A DNA stretch of 64,000 bases, from assembly GCF_018977255.1 (NCBI RefSeq), contig NW_024704743.1, positions 4,342,001-4,406,000 of the forward strand, read 5' to 3'. Position numbers and translations under genes: made by a program. The notes below the pieces were generated by a model. It saw only the letters and a program-made list of their open reading frames with translations. It had not been told where the DNA came from and made no database searches. This stretch comes from Callorhinchus milii. Lineage: Eukaryota. This document shows, in pieces, positions 24,064-37,722 of this stretch (positions are counted from its first letter, which is position 1; each line of letters opens with the position of its first letter).

Positions 24064-25279
24064 CATCATATTCAATATTTAATTCTGAAGCCGTTTTATC
24101 CAATAACTACAGGAGAAAGGGTCCAAAGTTTAAACATTTGCCACATCCTGCACACTGACATGTAACATAAACAGAGTATATCGAGACCCAGATGGAGGTC
24201 CTACCCTAACTTAACTAACTAAAACAACAACTACGACAACAGTTACTTGCATTTATATAGCGCTCGTCACACAGCGTAGTGTCTGGAAGTGTTTAAGAGT
24301 GGCATATTTTGTACTTTCGAAAATGTAGAGCAGAATATACCTGTACTTTAATTTGCCAATTTACTTCAGTCAGTTGAAAATTTTCTTTTCACTACGTTTA
24401 AAACTTTTTTCTTTCTTTTAAGAGAAGGAAGTTTCTCTCTCCCGGTGTCCTGGCCAACAATTCCCACCAAATAAAATTGGTCATTCATTTCATGGCGGTT
24501 TTAGTGGGATATTGCTGCGTGCAATTTACCTGTTGTGTTCGCCCGCAACAAATACACACAGTCGCTGCACTTTACAGTAAAATCCTGCGAAGCACTATGA
24601 CATACTCGACAATGTGATAAGGCGTTATAGAAAATGCAAGGGTTATTATTATTATAGTGATGGAAGATTACACAGATTACGATGATAGTTATGGAGGATT
24701 ACACGTCGCAGTTTACACTGACGTGTACACAGTTCAGTAAAGGCAGTAAAACAGATAATACCGTACTGTAAAACTGGATTAATAATACAAAACTACACTT
24801 CCCTGTAATAATCCTTGCAATCGCTATAGCATTTGAGCACATGTAGACCTCTCAAAGCACTTTCAATTGTTTTGCCTGTATTTAGCACAGTATCCGAAGG
24901 ATAGCACTTCCAACAATGCAGAAAGGCACGTGAACCACAGAACGCTCAGTGGAGTACAGTACATGAGCTTAGCGTCCTGTTGTGTGTCCAACTTTCCGAT
25001 TCAGAGTCGAGAGTGCTACCAACCGAGCCAAGCTGACACTTGAAAATTAATCAGTTACTTCTAGGCTATTTCTGCCTCGTGCGTTTGCTTATAAAAACAG
25101 TTACCCCACTTCACGGGCGATTGCTGCAAAGTGTTCTGAAGCATTTCGCCTGATGAAGTGCTATGGAAATGCAAGTTTGTTCCTTCTTGATCTACCAAAA
25201 GTTTGTTTTTAGTTAATAATTTTGGGTCCAATTTTGTAAAATAAATTCCTCTCCCGTATATACGTTAGCGAGAGGCACA

Positions 25280-25880
25280 TATAGAATCATAGAATATTAC
25301 AGCACAGGAGGAGGCCATTCGGCCCATTGTGCCTGTGCCGGCTCTTTGGAAGAGCTACACAATCAGTCCCACTCCCCCGTTCTTTTCCCATATCCTTGAA
25401 AATGTTTTCTTCTCAAGTACCTAGCCAATTCCCTTTTGAAAGACCTTATTGAATCTGTTTCCACCAGCCTTTCAGGCAGTGCGGTCCAGACCGTAACAAC
25501 TCTCTGTGTGTAAAAAAACGGTCTCCTCATCTCCCCCCTGCAGTTTACTCCCTATTTACTCGATGTCAAACCTGTCGTAATTTTGAACACCTCTATTAAA
25601 TCTGCATCACCTCACATTTTCTCTGCAATTATCTTCATCCTGCCGTGTGTCTGCCCATTTCGCCGGTCTGTCTATGATCTCCGGCTACCACCCTTCTCGC
25701 TGTACCCAAGTTTTGCGTCACCTGCAAACTTTAAAATTTTGCTCTCTATGTATCCAAGTCCAAGTCATTCGCCTCGCAAGCGAGAGACCCGGGTTCGATT
25801 CCCGGCTGGAAGAAACGTTGGGCAAGTTTCCTTACTCCACACGCCTTTGTTTACCTCGCAGTAAGTAGGAGCTCGGTCGT
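25280..25880. mobile_element. CR1 fragment (-) followed by a SINE 5' fragment (+)
   Basis: ATAGAATCATAGAATATTACAGCACAGGAGGAGGCCATTCGGCCC, then GGTTCGATTCCC...TTGGGCAAGTTTCC. Confidence 0.8.
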
Positions 25881-26123
25881 TAAATCTGCACAACTAAATC
25901 TTCTCCAAGATTTTTGATCAAGAACTTTGGTTAAGCAATCCTCTCAAAAACTACTCGGTTAGATTCCCGGGTGGGGTGAAACCTTAGGCAAGCTTTGTTA
26001 CTCCAGATTAATTGACTATAAGCTATGAAAAGAACTGCTGCTTCTATTACCTTCTTGCTTCATTGTCTTTCAGCACGATAGCACTTTGAAGAGGAGTGTC
26101 GACGCGCATAAAGGCTTCGTCGT

Positions 26124-26155
<32 letters not shown>

Positions 26156-26347
26156 CCTTGCATTTGATATAGCGCTTTTCACGTCGGGAGGACGTCCCAA
26201 AGCGCTTCACAGAATAGACTGTAAAGTGAATTGACTGTATATTTGTGGGCGAACGCGGCAGCCAATTGCGCACAGCAATGTCCCACAAACAGTCGTAGAT
26301 TGAAAATGACCAATTTATTATTGTTTTATTTTGGAGGGATTATTATT
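26124..26347 (-). mobile_element. Young SINE 3' half with long (TAA)n tail
   Basis: Near-identical to other young copies. Confidence 0.9.
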
Positions 26348-27329
26348 ACCCAAACTGTCACATGTATCAATGCTGTTGGGCTCTGTATGAAGCAGACTGT
26401 GGATTGAAAGAAATTCCAAATAATAATTTGATCACTCAATCCACGACTGCTTTTGGGGCACTGCTGTGCGCAATTGGCTGCCGCCTTTCGCCCGCAAAAA
26501 TATACGGTCAATTCACAGGACATTTACAGTATAGTCGTTGAGTGAAGCACTTTGAGACGTCGCAAAGATGTGATAAGGCGCATCTTAACCACAGGTCAGT
26601 CTAAAGATAACTTTAGGGGTAAATGGGGGAAGACTGACAAAACGGATTTTTGATTTTTTTTTAAACGGAGGCGGTGCCCGGTAATTATTGCACTGCTGGG
26701 TATTAACTTTTTAAAATAATTCAATTTCATTTTATTTTGGAGCGTTAAATAGTTTAGGGTGGCTGACAATCCAATATATTATTCAGAAATGCTCTCCTTC
26801 AGAGAATACTTTGAAGCAAGACCCTGTCTGCCTGCCTGTTCAGGTGAACATTATCATATTGTCATATTGTAATAATAATCTTTGCATTTGATATCGCAAT
26901 TTATCACGTATCAAATGCAAGGAATATTATGATATTATAATGTGAAATAGCACTTTGCAGAATATACTGTAAAGTGGATTGACCGTGTGTTTTGTGGGCG
27001 AAACGCAGCAGCCAGTTGCGCCCAGCGACGTCCCCACAAACGGTTGTGAATAGAGTGAGCCCCCCAAAATTTCGGGGATTATTCCCCCCCCCCCACCCCC
27101 CTCCCCCGGAAAGCGATCGGTCAAACATCCAACAACCGGTTTCTTACTTCTTAAGGAAACTTTTGTTTCACTAAGGAGTGGCACTTTGCTGATGTCAACG
27201 AACCACTTCAAATACTTTGGATGTAAGATATGGCCTCTAACTGTTACCCCACAAAATTCCAGTTCAAATCCTTACCCAAGTTTCGCCCCACACCCCACAT
27301 TGATTTTTCTAATGCTCTCCTAGCAGTCT

Positions 27330-28080
27330 CCCCAGCTCCACCACTCGTCAAATCCAATTGATTCAAACCTCTGCCACCCATATCCTCACGCTGTACCAAG
27401 CTTTGCTCTGTCATCACCCCAATCCTTGCCAGGCCCCAATGGCTCGCCATTGCAGAATGGATTGATTTCAGGATCCTCACACTCACTTACATATTACTTC
27501 AGGCCCTAGTTTCACCTCCCTACCTCTCTGACTTTCTCACACCCGCTCTCCTTCCGAGTGCCCTTCACTCAGCCGGCCTTCTGCATGCCTCTCGTCCCCT
27601 CCGCACCACTACATTGGCCATTCTTTCAGCCACTATTGCTTATTCTTCATTCCTTCCTTTCTCTTTGACCCTACCTTCAGTCAATATCCTGAAAGGCCCC
27701 CTCCTTCCCTTCCTGTTCAGTGGCCCCTGTTGTCTAACAGTACTTTCAGACATTCGTATGTTTTGAAAGGCATTGTATAATTCCAAGTTGGCATCCTGTG
27801 GTTGGATAAATTGGGTTTCACTACAAGAACAACAAATTTACAGGTTTATAGAGTCTTTCACGTTGGGAGGATGTCCCAAGGCACTGGACAGAGTAGGGTT
27901 TGGATAGGAGCTGGGGGTCGGGACCAAGGGGGAGGAGTAGGAGGAGGGCCGGGGGAGTGTGAACAAGGAAGATGACTAGAGGTACAGTCAAAAGGCAGGT
28001 TCCTGAGGGTAGTCTTCAAGGAGACGAGGCAAGGGGTGGGTTGTACGGTCAGGATGGAATTCCAGAAAGCTGGGTCACCA
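27330..28080. mobile_element. Older L2 fragments (+ then -)
   Basis: Degenerate L2 ORF2 end (CATCACCCCAATCCTTGCC...) and GGGAGGATGTCCCAAGGCACTGGACAG tail. Confidence 0.7.
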
Positions 28081-28384
28081 GCTCAGCTGCTAGGAATCTT
28101 GTGACGAGACGTTAAAAAACTGGGTCTTGTCTGCTTTAAAGATCCTATGGGACTATTTGAAAAGCGAAGGGAGTTTCTCCCTGTGCCCTGGCCAACAACC
28201 CCCCAGATAATATTGATCATTCTCTTTGTGGCTGGTTTGGGGATATTGTTGGGTGCAAATTTCCAGTCGAGTTCACTATAAGTTACGCAGACGTTACACA
28301 TTAAAGCCTGAGAAGTGTTTTGAGATGTTTTGGGGACATGATAAAGTGCCACGTCAAATTTAAGGATTATTTAATAAATCCAAA

Positions 28385-28820
28385 AAAAATTGATCACCAT
28401 GCTTAAGAGTATCCAAACCAAGCTGAGATCATCCATCCTCGCATTTGATATAGCGCCTTATCACGTCTTCGAGACATCTCAAAGCGCTTCGCAGAATATA
28501 CTGTAAAGTGAATTGGCTGTATATTTTGCGGACGGGATTTCCATGTGTGACACCTACACATGGAAATTCCAGAGGTAGATTGTTGGAATGGAATGGGCTC
28601 TTTCTCCCTGGAGGGCTGCATCCTCCTTAACTAATTCCAGAGAGTATAAGGCGCAGGTTCCCAAGGTTTGGGGACCCCAGAGTGTGCATTGGGTTAACCG
28701 CTGGAGACTAAGCAGCTAAAACCGCAGAGCTTGGCCATTGATATTGCTGTCTGGCAAGCTTTCCCGCTGCTTATCCAGCTAGGACCACCCGTTAGGGCTT
28801 TGGCTTGCTGGCTTAACAGG
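28385..28820 (-). mobile_element. Unclassified repeat with a nested SINE fragment (~28435-28530)
   Basis: CACCATGCTTAAGAGTATCCAAACC shared with 54403, 60015 and 63505 copies; interrupted by a SINE tail. Confidence 0.7.
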
Positions 28821-30939
28821 GAGGATAGTCAGATAAATAAATGGTAGCCAAAGAATATTTAGTGAGCAAAAGCAAGGATGTCACTTTTGTTCCAGCTGGA
28901 ATCACGGCACAATTCAGTCACACTGCAATTCATTACATTTCCAGTGATACCTATGAACTCTGGCAATCCAGAATGTGCTTATTAGCAGTAAGCTGTGCCC
29001 ATAACTATATCAGATAGCATTAATTTGTGAAACCATTGCTTTACGCGAAATGACCTTCCATTCCAATTAGCAATTAGGCCCCTTGTGAACTATTGAGAGA
29101 TGAACAGTCGGGAAGTTCCTTTGCATTAATATGGATGAATTGAAACATTTTTTTTGAAAACTACATGAAATAATACCAGCAAATTACTCATTCGGACACA
29201 TTATGCAAAATCTTGACACGTTAGTCAGATTACCTGCTGAGGGCTTATTATTATTAATAATAATAATATCATTGTTGCATTTGATAAACTGTCCTTTCTC
29301 CCCCACATCCATGCCATGACCCGCTCTGCCTTCCCCAACCTCCACAACATTGCCCGACTCCGTCACTCCCTCACCCCTCAGGCCACTGAAACCCTCATAC
29401 ATGCCTTCATTATATCTAGGCTTGACTATTCCAACTCGCTATTTGTCGGCTCCCAGTGGGATTCGCACGTAAAAATAGCAAGTCAGTAAGGGTTCGCATT
29501 CGGACTAGATGTGCGACCCTAAAAAATGTCTCAAGGAATATAACTCAGAGCAAGGAACTATTTCTAAAATTGAATCGATGTGATTGTCAGGGATTTCACT
29601 GCACATCCAAATGAATGTGCTCAGAATAATGTTGGAATAAAAGAGCTCTAAAGAAATATCCTTTGATAAGGCTGCTGTGTTGTTGGCCGCATAGCTTCCC
29701 ACTTAATGACCCACGTGATGAATTCCTGATTAGAGTAATTTGACAAATGAAGACTCTCAGTTCGGCCGTCACAGACCAGGCTTCAAGCAAATGTTTGCTG
29801 CTTCCCCACGAAGCAGAGAGGGAAATTAAAGGGGTGAGCCTGCTCCGAAAGCAAAAACAGCGGGTGTTTTGGTGCTGAAATTCCGTGCGCGAGATAGCAA
29901 ACGTGAATTCGGATTGGGTATGTAATTTAGGGTCTGTAATTCCAAGGAGCTGGGTAAATGTACAGTAAATGTACAGTGTTATATTCCTGACATCATTGTC
30001 CGTTATTGCTTCCTGTAGATAAAGGCAGCAGAACACAGGAGTGAGGAAGCCCCGATCCCTCAGTTCGAGGAGAGCGTGAGAAACCCGTAGCCCCCGCAGG
30101 AGATGGGGCACTATGTTGAAGTCGTTTTTTTTTTCTGTTACGGGTGTGATTTCTTCCACGAGGCAAGTGGCTGTATCGTCTATGTATTTGCTTGGGAAAC
30201 GAAAGGATGGGGTCATAGTGCACTGTCATGGGTTTGAAGAGTATTTGCGAATGTCTTTCTTTTTCCGGAGAGGGCTGTGTGTTTTTTTTTTATGAGGAAA
30301 GTTGAATTTTTTTTTAATACACCAATGAAGGCATATTTGTTTTAAAAAAATCTATCATTGCAGCACGTGACTATCAGGTTGGCAGAAGGGGAACAAGATG
30401 TCTAGCAATTCCTGTTTTTCCTAAATCCTTGTCAGTTTTTCCCCCGTATCCAAAAATGGCCACAGACTTTCACCTGTCTTGGGAATTGAATTACGTAAGA
30501 AATTGCGCCATTTTGAAAGCAACTTGGGCAACGTATAGATACGGTGCGGGAGGCTGGAGCCGGCCGAGCAAAAGGGGAAGGTAGTGGAGTGAGGTGTGAG
30601 CAGTTTGAAGAGGTAGGAAGATGCGAGGGTGAGTGCGAGGATCTTGAAATCGATCCATACTGCGACAGGAAGTCAATGCCAGCCTGGCAAGGACTGGGGT
30701 GATGGAAAACCTCTGTAAGCCGTTCACTCGTGGACTTATCGCGATAGTGAAAAAACATTAGAAGTATTTGTGATTGGGACGGTGGAGTTTCCTTCTGGTT
30801 AGTTGTTGCGATATTGCCCGGAGAGCCGAGTGATTGGGAGGGAATCCTCGCTTCTGAAACCCCAAGAATAGGTTCTATCTGAACGGTCCTCGAACGATTC
30901 AGAAAGATAAATGCACCACTGGTCAAGCGTTCTAATGTT

Positions 30940-31330
30940 TCTTTGACCGTGCCTTCAGCTCCCCTCTCGACTCTCTACCCCCTCCTCGCTCCCTCCCTTC
31001 CCTCCCCTCACCCTGACCATTTCCCCCCCTGCTCGGGTCCTGACCCAACTGTCCAGCGCCTTGGGGCGTCCTCCCGACGTGAAAGGCGCTCTATACATGG
31101 AATCTTGTTGTTGTTGTTTCATGTCGGGAGGACGTTCCAAAGTGCTGGATAGTGAAGGGTTCTCCCCCGAGCTGGGGGGGTTGAAATCAAGAGTGATGGA
31201 GGGCAAGTGGGGTGGGAAGGTGACCGAAGGCACGGCCAAAGAGGAAGGGCTTGAGACGGTCCTTGAAGAAGGCAAGGGAGGGGGCAAAGCAGAGGGGCAG
31301 AGGATGGAGTTCCAGAGGGTGAGGGCAGAA
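30940..31330. mobile_element. Tail-to-tail pair of L2 3' ends
   Basis: A + copy ends GGCGCTCT...GTTGTTGTTG and is directly followed by a - copy. The + copy is nearly identical to 39228-39420. Confidence 0.82.
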
Positions 31331-31783
31331 CTGGGAGGTGAGGGGAGGGAAGTTAGTTGTAGAGACCAAATGTGCAGAAGTAAAGTTTAGATACATTGCT
31401 TTCATATTTCTGTAAGTTTTTTTTCACAAAAATAATAATGGTTTTTAATCAGTCAGATTTAATTTAGATTATATCACCTCCCTCTGTTTTTAAAAAGATC
31501 CGTCTTTTTCAATGTGCCTTCAGTCACCTCTAAATATTTGCACTTCCTGCTGTGTGTTCACCTCTCTCACTGCTAAGCGCTTTTATGTAAATAGCACTAC
31601 ATAAATGCCAGTTCTTTTCATTAGAAGTACCAGTTTTAGATTAGCTATGGGTGCGTAATCATCCACTAATCTGCTTTTTTTTTGTAATTTGGGTAAAAGA
31701 TAAGTCCGTTCCATAAACTAAGACTATCTGGGAATATGTGAGCAGGGCATGTCCCTCCAGGGAGAGAGGACACACTCTAATCC

Positions 31784-33200
31784 AACAACAACAACAACGA
31801 AATTACATTTACAATTACAAAGCGCCTTTCACATCGGGAGGACGTCCCAAGGCGCTGGACAGACAAAGTTACGGAACCGAGCTGGGGGTCGGAGTGAGGG
31901 AGGGTGGAGGGCGGGGGGGGGGGGGGGGGAGGCAGGGAGATCGACAGCAAAGTCGAAGAGGAGGGTCTTGAGGTGGGTCCTGAAAGTGGCGAGGGAGGGG
32001 GCGAAATGGAGGGACTGTGGGATGGAGTTCCAGAATGGCGGAAGGCCCGCCCACCAACAGTGGGGGCGAGCAAGGCGGGGGACGTGAAGCAGGCCGGAGC
32101 CCGCTGGGCGGAGGGAGCAAACAGGGTGGTGGGGGAGTTAGGAGGACGGAGAGGTAGTGGGGGAGCAAGACCGTGGAGGGCTTTGAAGGTGAGGACCAGG
32201 ATCTTGAACTGTATCCTCTGTGTGATGGGAAGCCAGTGGAGTCGGGCGAGGATGGGGGCGACAGGGTTTTGAATACAGCAAAACGGTAAAACAAGATGAC
32301 ATAGGATTGGAATCGAAAAACAATTTCGGGAGAGAACGCAGTAAACCTTTTCTTAGCCAAAGAATATTCAACACCTGGAACATATTAATAATAACCCTTG
32401 CATTTGATATAGCGCCTCATGGAATATATTGTAAAATGAATTGGCTTTGTATTTTGTGGGCGAAACGAAACAGCCAATTGCTAGGAACTGGACACTTTTT
32501 TTTAAAAAAAAGCTTGATGCTGTGATAGGAAGATGATAGGGCGGGTATTCTGGAAGGATGAGATGAAATGGGTCGAGTGGCCATCTTCATTTGAACCAAT
32601 CTTGTGTGTCGGACACTCGGCCAAAACAAAATCTATCAAGTAACCTGCAGTATCATCTAATATTCTGTCATTTTACGGCAACTCTTTGTGCAATCCTTCT
32701 TGGAGGAAAAATGAAACTCCAAATACCCTTTGCATTCTTTAACTTGTCAATCAGCCACGTGGGGTAAGAAACCCACAACCTGATAAACTGTCGAAGAAGT
32801 AGGTCTCGAGACAGACCTTGAACAATGCAACACAAAATGACATTTACACAGCGCCTTTCACATCGGGAGGACGTCCCAAGGCGCTGGACAGTGGGGGATT
32901 TGTACCCAAGCTGGGGGGGAGGGGTTGGGATCAGGGAAGACGGAAGACAGGGGGGGTGGCTGAAGGTGCAGTTGAAGAGGAGTCTTGAGACGAGCCTTGA
33001 AGGAGGCGAGGGAGGGAGCGAGGCAAAGGGAATGTGGGATGGAGTTCCAAAGGGTGGGCGCAGAGAGGCTGAAGGCCCGGCTGCCAATGGTGGGGTGGGT
33101 AGGGCCGAGGGGGGGACATGAAGCAGGCTGGTTCTCGCTTAGCAAAGGGAGCAGCCGGGTTGGTAATGTTTGAGGGGGTTACAGAGGTAGAGTGGGCACT
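31784..33200 (-). mobile_element. Two L2 3' fragments (31784-32270, 32825-33200) with a SINE piece between
   Basis: (CAA)n tail; GGGAGGACGTCCCAAGGCGCTGGACAG; peptide RAFSLSAPTLWNSIP. Confidence 0.85.
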
Positions 33201-33939
33201 TTGCAGGATTTTACCCTGAAGTGTAATGATGGGGCATTTGTAGGTGGATGTGGTAAGTCAATTTGCTCTCAGCCCAAACAGCCATGAAATGTATGATCGA
33301 TTTCATCGGAATAATGCCATGGAATCTTTAACACCCACCTGGACAGGTAGACCTCACCAACTTTCCAGCGCCTTGTGACGTCCTCCCGACGTGAAAGGCG
33401 TTGTACAAATGTAATTCTGTTGACGTTGTTGTGGTTGTTAACTCTCTGTTAGCCAACTTTTCGGCCTCTGAGCAAGATCGTCAATTCGGTGCTCATCAGT
33501 TCTAAATTTGATGCGACTGTTTCGCACTCAGTCGGAACTACAGAAAAGTCCGGCTGCTCGTTTCACAATAATAAGTATTAGTAATCGTGCAATCGCGTTA
33601 ATCGTGCATCTTGCACCTCATCACATCATCAAAACATCTCACAGGAAGGGCTGTAAAGTGGCATCTTTTGTATGTGAAAGCGGCAGCCAATTTGCACAAA
33701 GCAATGTCCCACAAACAAGCGAAACAATTCTGAATTTTATCTGGAGCAGCGGTGGTTAAAAAGTAGCCCGTGGGGCTGTCAAGAAACAGCCCCCACTCCA
33801 CCCCACCCCCATCTCGATTTATAGCATAAATCAAGAAACATTCAATCAAGAAAATTTATTTTGTTTTTCCGACCATAAAAGTCCTCCTGACGTGAAAGGC
33901 GTTATACAAATGTAATTTGTTGTTGTTGTTGTTGTTGGA

Positions 33940-34210
33940 TTCCTGGGTTCGATTCCCGGCAGGGGGCGAAACCTCGGGCCAGTTTCCTTACTCCACACGT
34001 CTGATAATAATCCCTCAAGAAAAAGAAACAATAATACATTGGTCACTTCAATCCACGACTGTTTGTGGGACGCCGCTGTGCGCAATTGGCTGCCGCGTTT
34101 CGCCCACAAATACACAGTCAATTCACTTTACAGTCTATTTTGTGAAGCGCTTTGAGACGTCGAGAAGACGCGAAAAGCGCTATGTCAAATGCAAGGATTA
34201 TTATTTATTA
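33940..34210 (+). mobile_element. SINE, internally deleted variant
   Basis: The head joins TTACTCCACAC to ATAATAATCCCTC, omitting the central segment. Confidence 0.82.
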
Positions 34211-35251
34211 TTGTGTCATTGGCCAAGGCACTCCCATAAGAAATTCTTCCTTCTCTTTTCGAATAGTGCTGCTGGACCTTTAACTTTCACCTGAAGACAG
34301 ACTGCACCTCGAAACAATTCCCACCCCCTCCTCCCCCCCCAAACTTTATTGGAGCGTCAACCTCGACTAAAGTCCCGACTTGGGGCTTGCACTCACAATT
34401 TCCTGACTCAGAGGGCGAGAGTGCTGCAAACCGAGCCGAGCGGACACCTGACACCATTTTCAATTATTGAACCGGATCTCTCCTCCGCAGCCACGATATG
34501 AATAGTTGGCTAAATTGTACAACTCTTCTTCTGATGACTAATGCAGTAGATTGCTCAGCAGGGAACAAGTGATCTGCGAATCCGTAAATGAGAACAAACG
34601 TGCTGCCCTAAATCCACTCTTAAACCACGTTCAACGGGTTACGTTGACACAGTTTGCACGAAAGCACAGGCATTTGAGAAAATACCTATCACCAATGCCT
34701 TTCAGTGAGTTTCCTCGATGAGTATTTTGATCTGGAAACTATTTAAATAATGTTGTTGTTTTTTTTTTCAGGAGGAAACCGTGTCTTACGCGGATTAACG
34801 TAATCCTCTTCAGGTTATTCATTACCGCAGTGACAAAGCAGCCGCACAAAGATCCTCTTGAGGTGAAGAATGATGGAGAAGGATTTGAGAGGGCTTATTG
34901 AAAAGGACTGAAAATGCGAAGTTAATCTTGTTTTTGATCTGGGTTGCGCAGAGCGATCTGGGATTAGGCTATTTTTGTGGAAACAAACTAAACACGGTGC
35001 GAGCTTCAAAAGTGCTGTAGTAACAGTTATTTTAGGAGGTAGACATTCAATTGTTGGCCAACCTACTTTGAAAAAGAAAATTTGTGACAAAACCGTCCAA
35101 ATACAATCGTGTATTTCAGGCACGCAGGCTGAAAAAAAACGATTCTTTATCAAAGGTAACATGACAGGTGCTATTTGAATCAAGTCCTTACATTGCCATT
35201 TATTGTGATTCATTTTTAAACGTGCAAACAAACCCTCAAGCTTAAGAACAA

Positions 35252-36318
35252 AATAATAATAATAATAATCCTTCATTTGATACAGCGCTTTTCACGTCGG
35301 GAGGACGTCCCAAAGCGCTTCACAGAACACACTGTAAAGTGAATTGACTGTATATTTGTGGGCGAACGCGGCAGCCAATTGCGCACAGCAATGTCCCACA
35401 AACAGTCGTAGATGAAAATGACCAATTTATTATTGTTTTTGGTTTGGGAGGGATTATTATTAGGCTCTGTGTGGAGTAAGGAAACTTGCCCAAGGTTTCG
35501 CCCTCTGCCTGGAATTGAACTCAGGCCTCTCGCTCGCAAAGCGAGTGCTCTAACCACTGAGCTACAGGACTCCACTAGTAATAAGAATTTGCGAGGCGAA
35601 AGATGACCGAGAAGATCCAGTTTGTTTTCCACCATTCAGGCAATCGCTTAACGTGTCATTTCCCAAACTATGTACTGGATCCCGAAATATTATTCGTGGA
35701 GTCCTGTAGCTCAATTGGCTGCCGCGTTCGCCCACAAATATACAGTCAATTCACTTTACAGTGTGTTCTGTGAAGCGCTTTGGGACGTCCTCCCAACGTG
35801 AAAACCGTTATATCAAATGCAAGGATTATTATTATTATTATTACTTCTTGACAGAAATCTATCAAATTGGTTCTTGAAACAAACAACATGTTCTGCTTCC
35901 ACCGTCTCCCCGGGGAGCCCGTTCCACAGGTTTATTATTTTCTCACTGAAGTAATGTTACTGCAGATTTGTTCCGCATTTAACCCGCCCTTCAATCGCAG
36001 GCCGTGCCCTCTGGTTCTACGGTTCAGTACAAGACAAAACAGCTTATCGTGGTCGACAGCATCTAGTCCGTTCAGAATTGACCCAAACACCCGCCGACCT
36101 CCTTCCTATTTTACCCTTTTATTCTTATTTTTGATCCTAACGCAGACAGCCCTTACGATAATTGTCTCGCTTGAGGGCAGGCAGTTGACCTGTTTCTCAA
36201 TATATATTAATAATAATAATCCTTGCATTTGATATAGCGCTTTTCACGTCGGGAGAGGACGTCCCAAAGCGCTTCACAGAACACACTGTAAAGTGAATTG
36301 ACTGTATATTTGTGGGCA
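35252..36318. mobile_element. Cluster of three young SINEs: 35252-35574 (-), 35696-35842 (+), 36207-36318 (-)
   Basis: Near-identical 3' halves in alternating orientation. Confidence 0.88.
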
Positions 36319-37070
36319 ATATCAGTATTACGAGCTATTTGTACTTGTTCACGGTCGCCTACACTTGGATCTTGCTGCTGCATACGGTTGCAATAAAAGC
36401 GTCTTGCTCATAACTGGACTGCCGGTTTGCTCGCTTGCCGGGATTGAATGATTGTATCTCGCCTCGCGCGCAGCTGCGAGCGAAATCGCAAAAATACAAA
36501 GCCAAACCGTTCGATTGCGCTTCTTGCGACTGTTGACGCGCGACGCTGCCAGACGCTCGCGAGGGAATTGGATGTCGGCTCGGAAAAAACTTTCCAAGGC
36601 CACGGGGAAAGAGCGGAGGAGCGGGGCCGACTGGATGGCTCTTTCAAAGAGCTGACGTAGGCACGATGGGGCCGAATGGCTTCCTCTTCTGTACTGTAGG
36701 AGTAGTTGAGTCTATGGTACGGTGTTTACCTTGACCCTGCAACACCGCTGATCCTCTGACCAGCGCCACTCCTAATCTCCCGCCAACGCCCCGCTAATCC
36801 CTTTGCCAAGAGCCCTCCAAATCTCTTCTCCCTCGTCCACGTACTTGTCTTATCTCTTAAATAATATGCAATTTAGACGATTAGCCCCCAGCAGTTCCCC
36901 CCCCCCGCCCCACCAACGCACGCACCCAAAGCCTTGGCTCTTGCGATGGGTTTCCGCACATGTCAGATACCCTCCTGATCCCTCCCCGCACCCCCTCCCC
37001 CCCCACCCCCCCCCCCACCCGAAACAATCTTAAATCCAATGATTTTTCTTTTGCTTCAACTTCAGCAAAG

Positions 37071-37074
37071 TGAG

Positions 37075-37112
<38 letters not shown>
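37071..37112. repeat. (GA)n microsatellite
   Basis: Direct reading. Confidence 0.95.
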
Positions 37113-37118
<6 letters not shown>

Positions 37119-37569
37119 GGTGTCGTCTTCAAATCCCTTCGTGCCGTGGGCACCTCCGTGCTTCTCCGACCTGCTTAACCCCCCCCCCCCCACTCCCACC
37201 CCACCCCACCCCACCACCAACCCACAACCCGCTGCCTCCGCTCGACCGGTCCTCCCGCACGTCCTCCCGCGCCCTCCGTTCCACCATCGGTGGCCGCGCT
37301 TTCAGCCACTACGCCTCCGAAACTCCGGAACACTCTCCCTCTTATCCCCCGCCTCGCGCCCCCCCCTCCCACCCCCCCCCACCCCCCTTCTCAACCCATC
37401 GTCCCCACCTTCCTCTTCGACCGCGCCGACGGTCACCTTCCCCCCGGCTCAGGTCGTGCTCTGCCACTGTCAAGCGCTCTGGGAGACTCCGACAACGACG
37501 ACTTGCATTTATATATAGTGCCCCTCACACGGGGTCACGTCCCAGACTACATCAATGCCCGTTGCACAT

Positions 37570-37697
37570 TTCACATACACACGCATACACATACACATAC
37601 ACGTGCAATACACACACACACACACATAATACACACACACACATGCAATACACACACACATACACACGCAATACGCACACACACATACACAAGCAAC
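37570..37697. repeat. Imperfect (CA)n microsatellite abutting a 25-N assembly gap (37698-37722)
   Basis: Direct reading. Confidence 0.95.
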
Positions 37698-37722
37698 NNN
37701 NNNNNNNNNNNNNNNNNNNNNN

